From Gnetum montanum (taxonomy: Eukaryota; Plantae; Gnetophyta): DNA of 52,647 nucleotides. Below the pieces are notes generated by a model. That model did no database searches, was not told where the DNA came from, and saw nothing but the letters and a program-made list of their open reading frames with translations. Of the stretch, positions 12,001 to 24,000 are shown piece after piece. The stretch lies in the NCBI GenBank assembly GCA_015680685.1, contig MNCI01001323.1:124922-177568 (forward strand), read 5' to 3'. Positions within the stretch are counted from its first letter, which is position 1, and every line of letters starts with the position of its first letter. The translations under genes and the position numbers were made by a program.

Positions 12001-15000
12001 TAGAACCTCACCTGAGGGGACTTGCAAGTACTCGTTGACCAATGGTTACGAAACTTGTTTCTTGATTTGACATGAACCAAGCAAGCGATGAGACACTGCA
12101 TCAACAACGTGACAGCGCTTATCTTAATTAGTAATGTACACATAGGCTTTCATGCGCGGAAACAACAACAAATAAAAGAGCCCTTAGGATTTTTAAGGCT
12201 ATACTTCTGAAAGTTTAATAGAAATGAATGTTATAATAAAGGAAATGTAATTTTAAAATCTTCCCTATTATATCTCTGACAAAGTTATATTATGTACAAA
12301 TAAAATACATCACTGATGCTTAACTAATTAGAGGACAACTCACCCTCCGGTAAAAATATGCTCTCGCACTCCTAGTATTGTCGGGTAGTTAACACCATGT
12401 CTTGTAAGGAATTCTTGCAATAGGTTCCGCATTTTGAAAGATTCTTCCAAATAGTTGTCCTTCATTCCTTTGCAGTGTTAACACCATAGAAATGAAAATA
12501 AATACATGACAGAAAGAGCACACATGCATACCTGATTCATGTCAATGGTCTGTAAGGCTTCCCCACGTGTAAAAATAATGGCATGGTTTTGATTTTCAGG
12601 CTTCCCCTCACCAAGATTTGCACGCCCAGGAAGTTTGATGCGGTATATTTCCTTACACAAGCAATTCAACAAAACATAAAAATCTTTTGCAGATGCCAAA
12701 GTAACTCAAGAGTTAAGCCTACTCTAAAACAACGTGAACATCACAATCTGCAATTGCGAAAATATATACACACATACATAATAAATAAATAAAAATTAAA
12801 AAAATATTCGGATTAAATAAGCACCTCAACCCCAAGCAAGCTATTCTTTTGGCCCTCTTAATAAAACATTGATTAACTTAGGTTTCTTATCCGTAAATTT
12901 TTTTATTTGGAAAACTCTATTGAAAAGTGTTATTCTAGAATAAGAAGGGCCAGAACTTTTAGGCTACGTATTGCTGGTTAATAAAGATTAGATATTAATT
13001 ACTTGTAATATTATAAAAAATCAGAGCACCAATATTATATGACTGTATGTCCCTAACTTCCTCGTTTTGGATTATCCTAAAGCAATTCCTAGCAGCAATA
13101 TATGGTCTGAAATATATCAGTCAATGGCAACATATTAATTTAGTTTTAAATTGTCTTGCAATATTTTAATGTTGGTTTTGTCATTGGATTTGATGGGGGT
13201 TGGAATGAAAATATATTGTCTTCACGTTTTTAAGAAGGCCGACCACACAAAGATAAATGAAAGCATGAAGCTTTATTATATGCGAATATGTATATCAGGG
13301 TCAGAGAACAAGAAAGTCAAAAGTTCTATTTAAAACATCTTTCTACATTCTGCTCTTTTCAGAGATAAATATACAATCCTGATAATTGCAAGGTACTACA
13401 AGGCAGGTAAAAATAAGAATTTGTTGAATAAAAGGATTTGACAGAAACTAGGTAAAACAAATATGAAAAAATGAAGGCAGAAATCTACACACACAACGAT
13501 AAAAGTTGGTGTCTACTAGATTAGGTGTGTATTCATGCATCCTTGAAACGGGCAGAAATTGGAGGCAAAATTTTTGATACTTTTGTTACTTATTTGCAAA
13601 TTATGAAATGGCAAAGACATATTGATTAGCAAGAAAGCTATCTGAAGATGCTGAACCATATCGCTACTAAGAATCAGGTTCTAATCAATGATATTTAGAA
13701 GCAGACACGAAAGTATCTTAAGGATTGAGCTACTTTTTGCCGTAGTGCTTTAATAGGCAGAATAAGCATTGCTACCGGGAAAAAATTAGGTATTAAAAGG
13801 TTGGAACACCAAACATTTTTATCCAAATGTTCAACATATGGGGACAATAAAGACCAAACAGATTACATTCCAGTGATGAATGCATAAATACAGATTACAT
13901 TCCAGTGATGAATGCATAAATACAAGTAAGCAGAGGAAGCCTCTATCGTATAAATATAGACTAACAAGGCTTGAAAAACTAATAATACAAATTTGTGCAT
14001 AAGAAACAAGTTAGTTGATTTTGTTCAGGATTTGTTGTTATGGGAATGAGAACTTAACAGACAGAAACCCTCCAGCATGTCTAGCAAGGATTGAATTTCT
14101 AACATCATAACGGCGGTGTAACCAACTTAGCACTAAATGATTGATAAGTATCAGAATAACACATGTAAATCTAACAACTGTGTGGTTCAAAAAAACATGA
14201 ATGTCAGTGAAAAGTACCTGGTCACGCTGATCTACTCCTTTGACAAGAACAGAATAGTAAACTTTGCAAGGTTTCTCCTTTACCATTGTTTCTCCTTCTT
14301 CGATGTAAGCCACGCGCAATGATGGGTAACTACAAAAGGAACAGCCTTTAGATAATAACTAACATCACACAATATGAAAGGGGCAAAGTCTTAATGGAAA
14401 GGAAACCCAGACATTTAATCATTGATAAGGTAACCCGTGCACTTACACATTCATCAGATATAAAATATCAGCAGCACATGGATCACGCCTTTTCTTCTGG
14501 GCACCGTATATTTGGCAAGAGACAACGTATGTGAACTTTATATCAGAAATTGCTTGCAGCTGTGCCCATAGTGACCTCTGGTGCCTGTCTTCCTCCTCTT
14601 GTAACTTAATAACCCTATATCCTTCCATAATATCTACAAAACCAATTTAAAAGAATGCCACAAGGAATGATGCATAAAGCCTCAATGGTCATCAATAAGA
14701 CATCGTTTTCGAATCACATACCTCTTATGTCTGCTAGATCCAGAAAGGCTTGAAGCTCAAGGGCTTTCCTATAATACATCATTCCTCTTACTGGAAAATC
14801 AATGAATATATCAGAAAATTTTCAGCTATGCTTAAAAGTTAAGATAACAAATAAACTAGACAGAATGCCAGCAGACCTGTTCTAGCAAGTGTCTGTCCAC
14901 GATATGATGCCCAAAGGCGAAGATGCTGTTTATTTTCTTCACTGGATAGTACTTCTTCTTCTGTACGACAGTCAATGCGTTGCAAAAAGTTTTTCCACTC

Positions 15001-18000
15001 ATCTGTGCAATAAGAATTATATACATTAATTTAATAAAATTCCAATATCCCACTGCACACAGTGAGAATTTCATCTGTTCAATCAGATAAGCATATATTA
15101 ATTCCAAATATTTGGCCAAACACACACGCAGAACCTGGAGATATTTTCTGCAGATAGAAAAGAATTGATACACCATCTTCATTCAGCAGCTGAAGTTCGT
15201 CCAATGAATATAAAACAGGTTCGCTGTAATAAGGGGTCATGACACTGGAAGAAAAAATATACAAAACTGTTATTTTTCAACATAAATAAAACGTACAGAC
15301 ATATTTTAATGGAAAATACTGAAATTTTAATACAATAGAATCATCTTATTAAAAACAAAACAAAAAAATACAGGGTATATGCTACTGGCTCTTAACAGAA
15401 GAATATGGGTGCATAAAATTTGCACAAAATAGTACAAGGTATGCAGCATACAGTGTGGAATCCTTGAATTAAACATTACAAGTATGCACTGCAGATATTA
15501 CAAGCATGCAGAGCATTCACGTTTTGTATTCATGGCATGTCGCAGATACCATAATAATTTGCATTGCATAAGCACCACCATGCTGCAGGTTTTACCTATT
15601 TTATCCACTAAATCAGTGTTGACCAGCACATTGGGTAGTTGGATCCTATATCTTTATTTTCTAAAACATTATGTTGGATGTACAGTACGAAATTTCAAAA
15701 TCTCATTAGGACCCCTGATCCATCACCAATTTTTTTTGCTTCTGTTTCTCTGTGTCTGTGGTGTGAAAGTGTGTTCTTTCCTTTTTCTGTGTTTGGGCAA
15801 TCATATAACTGTTGCATAAATTTTTACTTCACTTTTCTGACAATAAAATGTTTATTAATTTTCAGAATGGTGGGCATTCAATTTCAGAGTGAAGCACCCA
15901 CGCAAATATCATAGATTTTTGGACCAACAGGAAGCACGAATACCAGCTTTATTAATGCACACTTATCAATCAAAAACTAATGTACTGCTCTTTGCACCAG
16001 CACTCTCCACAAGATGGTTGGCACCTGACTGAGACTATCAAAGATGGATGTTGATCAACTCCTTATTTTGGTGAGGCCAAACTTGTAAAATGCAGATGTG
16101 TGCTTTGTTGGCTGTGTTTGCCAGACGAGATTTCAAGTGGAGTTAGAAGGATGAACAAGGTATCTGAAAGCTCCAAGAAGAGTTCACGGTCCTCAGAGAG
16201 CTAAAGTGGAAAGTCCCATGGAAGTCCCAAGTTTTCTTGGAAAGTGGGGGACTTCCCAGCCAAGGGGTGGATGTCTCAGGCCAGCAGGGTAGACACCCCA
16301 ATTTAGTTCGGTAGTCACACCTAAGAGCACCCTATTCAGAGTGGATGTCCCAACCAAAGAGTGGACGCCCCACCTTCGTTTGGGATGTCCCAGCTAGCTG
16401 CCGATGCAAAAAATAAAAAGCTTTCATTGCCATTGGTTCACTCCAGTACATTTTGAAATGATCGAGAAAAGACCAAAATCAGTGTGAAACTCTTCATTTA
16501 CAAAAGAAAACAAGGAAGAGAACGTTCACTCTTGAACTGAATCTTGCTCCTCTTGCCTCTCTCAATGTTGCTGCTGCTCCGATACTTGCATCTGGCTTCA
16601 GACAAGGCAGACATTGACAACAATGGCTGGAAAGAAGGCTTGGGAGTTGCACCGCAATCAGATCTTCAATTACAAAAGGAAACAAGAGAGGAAGAGAAAA
16701 GGTTACTCCTCAATTCAATCTTGCTCCTCTTAACTTTGTCAACGCTGCCACTACTCTAATATTTGAATCCTGCTTTAGGCAACGTACGTATTTGACAACA
16801 AGGGCTGGAAAGAAAGCTTGCGAGTTGCACCATAATCACATCTTCCACACTCCCCAGGTTGACTAAATGTTGTACTTTGTATTATCAACTAATAGTTCAA
16901 TGGATCTAGGGCCTTTGATTTTCATGCCCTAGCTTTTCAAGCTTGATGTTTAGATAAAATTCCTAGATCAGTTTCTTACACATTATTTATTGCTTTCTTG
17001 CTCTAAGGAGCTTAGGTTTTTTCTTTTTCTTTTCCGGCTCTCCACCACTTCCCTAGAGACTGGAAGGTGATAAAGAATTAAAGAGAGACAGAAAAGATCT
17101 TATTGCTAATAAGCAATGCAAAATGCAATGTAGAGACTTGACAAAGAACTTATGTGTCAAGGTGATCCATCTTGGCCTAGCATCCACTCACCTTTCTTGA
17201 GACAAATTTGAAACACATCAAACGTATTGTTGATGTATTATTGCACATACCACACATTCTGGACCTCATTTTCTAAAATCCTCTGTTGTCCCAAACGTGT
17301 ACAAGGGTCTATACTTCGACATATCATCATATTGACATCCCTAATCCAAAAAGTACATAGAAAAGAACACAATCACTGAAACTAATAGATGAAGAGAGAA
17401 AAGTTGCTAAATATAGGAACAGAAAAGAAACCTACAACTATGGCAGAGATGTGGGCAGTGTAGAACATAGAAGCCTTCACTAAATTCAATCCCAGTTGGA
17501 TTAGATATTGGAAACATAGAATGCCATGTCCTGCCATTGGTAACTTACTCCAGCAAGTTCTGTTATTAGAATTTAAACATTGGGTTATCTTTCAATCTCA
17601 AGAGACCAAAATTCATCAACTGATACAATACACTTATCTTTCATTCATCCTTTGCTTTGAGGGCAGATGACACATCTACATCAGTAGGAAAAATAATGCA
17701 ATCCTTAACTACTTAGAGACAGATGGCCTATCTACGCACGGCAAGCTTCATAATCCAGAAGAATGAGGCAGCCTTTGCGCTATGTGTGTAAGAGTATGCA
17801 AAGGAATTAAATATGGAAGAAACAATGTAATTTTTTTTTGAGGAAGAAAAAACAACGTGCATTCAGCAATGGTTTCTAACATGAAATGTTAAACCAATTG
17901 TTTTTAGTCAGATGCCATTATTTCTAATACATTGAGGTAAAAATGGTGCGACAACCCATAGAGAATGATATTCTTTGTTTGTTAAAGAGAAATAGAGAAT

Positions 18001-21000
18001 AGATATATAATAATGGGATATAGTTCTCACCTAAACGACATCATAGTACGAACTTTTGGAGCAGGAGGCATATCCATAAAGAGTGAATTTGCAAAGAATG
18101 CCATACGCCGACGAGCCTCTAAGTTGGCAGGGACATCCATTGCAGACTCCTTGACTGTCAGCAACAGGTGAAGTCTTACAATCTGAAAAAGGAAAAAGGA
18201 AAGAGCAGTATTTTAAGCTAAAATTTTTGTCAATATTCCTCTGATCTGACAAGGCACAAATAAAAAGTCCATCTTATTTTACTTGTCGTAGATGTTTGTT
18301 TTCCAGGGAAATATAGTATGTTTCGTTACCGTGTAAGTAGAATTGGTTAGTACCTTAAAGGCAATAAGTTCAATTTTTATTGTTTTTCCTATATTGGATT
18401 ATAATGTGAGATTTTTGTGAAACTGAAGTTTATTATTACCCTAGTTATCTATTGGGCAGAGCATGTCTACGATTAAAGAAAATCTAAAACTATATCAACG
18501 CAGTGGCAGAAGGCCAAAGCAAGAAGTCAAAACTCTGAAGAATAAATATAAATTATTTGCAGTTAGTATTCAGTGGTTTGGAAGAGACTCTGTAGCTAAG
18601 TATTTAAGGAAGATGTTGCAGTCATCCTCAATTTTGTTATCCTAGCACAATTTACACGTTCTTTTCTCGTGTTTAATATCCTCCCATAAACTTGTTTCAA
18701 TAATTAGATTATGCAAATCCATTCACACTTAATCTTTATCCTTATTTGGTGTCTGAGATACCAAGCAATTTGTAGTTGTATTCCAATTTTAATGCTGTTA
18801 ATATAATCTTCGTTTGACCTGGTCAAAAAAATTGCTGTGTAATCTAATTTTAAAAAATAATTACCTGTTCTTTCCATGCCTCATTCTTTTCCCCAGGTTG
18901 CTCTAAAGGATACAGCACATGATGTTCATCTCCTACAGATGCAAATAACTGAAGTTTTTGAAGTTGATCAACAGTAAGTGCACCATGAGCTGATTCTTGG
19001 CCTATGATTGGATCAATAAACCTACATTTCAACAAGAAAGTTAGTGACACTACAAGCAAACTACCTGAAAATACAAAAGTGGGAAATTATTCACCTGTTA
19101 CCATCTTCTACCATATCTCTGATAAAAACTTCCAGCATATCTAGAAGAAGAATAATCATTTTATGTCTTGTCTTTTCTTCATTCTCAATCCTGGATTTTT
19201 GCTCAGCATCCATGTTCAACTTCTGTTCATTCCTAATTTTTAAATTTTTTTCAAGATTTTTCTTTGAATTCTGATCTTGTATGCTTTTCAACTGCAATGT
19301 AGGAAGGAACGCATAACAAATGACCCATGTTTACATTAACTGATAAAATATCCAGAATTTTAAATTTTTTAACAATTTAATTCAGTACCAGAATATCTAC
19401 GAGGTCCACAAACTTAGCATACAGCTTAGGAAGTTCTTTCATCTTCAATTTTTCCAATAACAAACTACGGTTAATATAGCTATCAACCTCCAACAGTATC
19501 TTTTCTATGATCCTTTTATAAAAAAAAAAAAACCAATTTAGATTGGAATCATGATTTGGAAAAGACCAATTTAACTGAAACAGTAACCTAATAATTAAGC
19601 CATCATATCTCAAATGATGGTAACATTGTTAAGATTCCTTACATTTTTTCCTTCTCACCAATGACAATACTATTTAGCACATGTTTGAAAGACCCGTAGC
19701 TTTCCTTAACAGCAGATATCATGTATATATCATGGCCTATTTTACTAAGTAGATCTTTGTCGTCTTTTGATTTAAAATCTTTTACCATATCCACAGCTAT
19801 AGGTATCTGCATACAAAGAAAATCCCATTGAAAAAATATCAAGATAGATTCAAATATCAAAACCCAAAGGAAAAAAACTACCAAAAGTCGACCTTGCTTG
19901 CAAGTAAAAATGGTGGCCATTGAACAACTTTCAAATCAGGATCTGAAGAATATGGGGCACGCAGAAGATTCTTTTCTCTGGATGGAAGAAGATTCTCAAT
20001 GTTATATAAATTCAACTAATTAATAATTATCCGTGTTTTCTGAAATTCAATCATTACCCATCATTTATTAAATCCTCCTCACGGAAACTATCAACCACTT
20101 GGTTCCACAGTTGTGCAAACTTTGCAGCTTCTTCCCTTCTCCCTGGTTTGGCCTGCATAAGCACATTGCATCCATTGTCGCAAATCATAAAGAGTTATAA
20201 TGTTCAAATATTTACATTCAAAAAATCCATAATAGGTATCCCAAGCAGCTAAATCCAATTATGGGGCTAAAATTGTATCTTCTCATGACATGAAAATGGC
20301 ATACCATTATTTAGTTTGAACCAACCGATGAAAAAGCTTATGATCTCAAACAAAACAGTAAATAATTGTCTGGGAAAATTTTTGAAAATATCTTTTAAAA
20401 TAGAACTGAATTACTTGAAAAAATAATTGTGAGAATCTCTGTATCAGAACTCACTGAATGGGCAATGAAATCCCCCTTTCCCAATTGCAACAAGGAAATT
20501 TTTTCACAAATACAGTGAAACAAATAACAGCTGTGAGCATAAAACGATGACTGGTTTAAGGATAAAATGATACAGCAGCAATAGACCTTTTCAAATGTTT
20601 TCCAAAATGATTTCAAACCACTGGCATGTCCTCTTTTAGGTGGCACAAGGGAGGCATTGACTGCTGCTGGCAAGGACTGAAACCGTGACCTTAGCATCCC
20701 TAAAGTACGAATCTGCAATACAAACAGACCATAGTGAGGAATAAAACTTAAAAGGCAATTTGGAAACCGAAGAATCAATGCAGCTAGATGCAACTTTATT
20801 TGTGCACAACAGACCTCACCAAGATGCCGAAATGCTCCCGAAATACCACCAAATATGGTGGAAAAAACAGCATACCATATTTGTGTGTCCATGAAATAGA
20901 CCTGAATTTTCATATTTAACATGTTCTTACTAACAAATGGACAAAACAAGGCTATCCAAATAACCTTCGAATGAAAAACATGATCATTACTTACAAGAAT

Positions 21001-24000
21001 TACCGGTGCCCATAAAGAAATTACCACACCAAAGTTATATTTGGCTGCATAATATGCATTAATGTGTCAGTAAACATATAGACACTTGCATAATACAAAA
21101 GAAAACTTAAAAGTTTTTACCTTGAGGGAAAAGTTCATGCCATTCGTATTTGTTGTGTATGGATAGCTTCATAACTTTTTTAGTTGGCCTCACCAATGGC
21201 TTTATCTGAGACAACACATCAAAAAAAAAAAAAGTTACCAAGATGTGCAATTTACCTAACAATAAAAATGCACAAGAAAACAATATATGTAATTATGACT
21301 GGACCATATTCACACAGATACAGTGGCAGTCAGCAGTAACATTTTAAGGAAGATTTTTGCTGCTCTAAGTGAATTTTTCTGAAGAATGAAAGCTGGTAAA
21401 CATTTACAGGGGAACAAACAAAAAATTAGCAAAAGCCATTTCGATCACCTCAACAAAGTAGCTGAAAGCTAATTTGCTGGTGAGAAGCAGAATCCAAAAC
21501 GTTGTGTATCTGGAACATATCATGAAGGTTACATCAGAGCCATTAAAATGTCAATAATATCATCACTGAAGTGTTGACGATAGAATAAAGGGCAAACATA
21601 CTTAATAAGGCAAGTTGTATTTTCATGCATTCCTCGCCCCACATAAAGCTTTGGCTGCAATCAATCATGATCATAAGTTTATTAAAGTCATAAATGATAT
21701 TTAACATTCACAAAATCAAATTGAAAAAAAATATCCATCTTCCATCCAAGATCATTTAATGGTATTAACCTGCCTAAGGTGCCAGAAAAGTGTACCTGTT
21801 GCCACCATGTCAACATATGAAAGATGCAGTAGTGTGAGTTTTCAACTTGCCGCTTAAGTGAAGGAAGGAAAAACAGAATCACTGAAATGATATTTGGAAT
21901 CAAATAAAACACAACAGCTATGATGTATAAGGAGTTATTTTCCCAGTCTCCAAAATAATGCTCAACAGTTCTGATAAGCCCAGTAGGATGATCCCAAGTA
22001 TGGACATAACAAAAGGGAAGAATAACAACCCATGCCACAGCAACGACAAGTTTTAAGATTAATCTTAGAACCTCTCTGAACCTCATAGTGTGCCTTGCTT
22101 TCCAGCTGAATATTATATCCAGAATTGCTGCAAGATCGAAGTTCTTGTTAGTTGAATCAATAAAATTTACTAAAAGAACATGCATACAAAATTTTATTAT
22201 TCAATATCAATAAGGATAGATATATGATCCGATACTAAGTTTACATGACATGGGAAGATTTACCATATCAACACTTATGTAAATAAAAGTAAGATATAAA
22301 ATGCACTCTAACAAGATATACGTGAAGGCATGATCTAAAGTCAAAATTGTAATACTGTCTATTTGACCATTGACTGTAAAATGAGAAATTAATTGCAGAA
22401 CACATGATTACTTAATGGACACAGCATGTCTTAGGCAGCGTGCCTTCCTCTTCTTCTTCTTTGGGTACCTGTCTTTATTTCAAAAATGACCCGATCTCCA
22501 GAAAGGGAAAAGGGAAATTTTCAGAATTTAAAAAAATCACAAGAAGCAACAACAAGTAAAGAAATGCTTGTGCATCAACCTGCAATTTCAGTCACCACAG
22601 CTAGCAGTCTAGTATTTCAGTTTATGGGGATATTTAGGTATTTCATGGATTTGGAAGTCACCAAATCCCAACAACAGGAAAACAAATGATGAATGGAATT
22701 TAGCATTCATATCAGAAACTAGCTCATTACAAACCTGCCTCTGCCCTCTTGCCATTTTTCAATATTGTTTATCCTAAGGATTTTAGCAGTTTTGATGTTC
22801 TGGAGTCTGTACTGCTCTAAATTTTCACACAATGATTTCTCTATACCGCATTTTATTGCATCTTAATTCCTTAATATTTTCATACTATATTATTGAAATC
22901 TGGATAGTTGGAATCATGAATTTGTGACTGTCATCGATTTAAATTATTGAACACTTTTATTAAGTAGTAAATTACAAAGAGTTACTCATGTTTAAAAATA
23001 ACCATCAAGGATCAGAATAATACACATTTCTGTAGTTAAAGATTTGCAACCTAATTTTAAGAGTTGATACAGACCAGAAATTCCAGCATATATGTTTCTG
23101 TATGCTTTATAATATCAAAAATAACCTAAAATTTTTAAAGACTAACAGGGGGTAGTTTCCTTCATAAAGACGAAAAGTAATCACGGTCTTCAAAAAAATT
23201 GAAAACGAAATTATACTTACATGAAAATGAAACTTTCATTTAGATCACACAGTAATGAAAGTATGAACCAAAACAATCTAAATATCAAACCTAATATTTA
23301 AGCAGACACCTTTGAAAAATAACTTTTATCCTCTAACAATAACAAGAGTTAGTGCCTAATCAGTTTGAAGTAAATACTGAAAAAAAATGAAAGAGTAGTG
23401 AGGAATACCTTGAAGTAACTTCAGCAAGGAAGCTGTTATAAATACACTAAGGACTTGTTTGAAGACAGGGCCAGTAAATAATTCAGATGGAGATCCTGGG
23501 GCTTGCCAAGCAATAATTATCATCGCCTGAAGATGGAAAAAAAAAATATGAACTTTAGAACCATGCTAAAAGCTGTGCACACATTGAGAAATGCAAGAAA
23601 GACTGTCTTATATATCAAATTGCTACCTGTAAAGACAGTATAAAGAAGGTCCACATTCTATCAAAGCTTCGAAAAAGATGCCAGAAAGAACGCATTTCAA
23701 CAAAGTTTGTCTTTCCCATCCATCTCTGTTCATGAAGGAAATTCAATTTTTAATCATACAAAGAATCACCAAGCAACCACATATTTTAACTTAAAAAGAA
23801 ATATTCAAAAAATTACAATCCATGTATTGTTTTTGATAATTCCCTTTAGGAAAAAGGAACATAATTCATATCAACTCTATAAAAAATAGGGATTGAACTT
23901 GTTTTTAATTGCATCCTAGACCCTATAATCTATCAGACAAGTCCATTTTTTGCATAATGCCTATAAATCTCATCAGCAACCCATTGGGAATGACCCTGTG

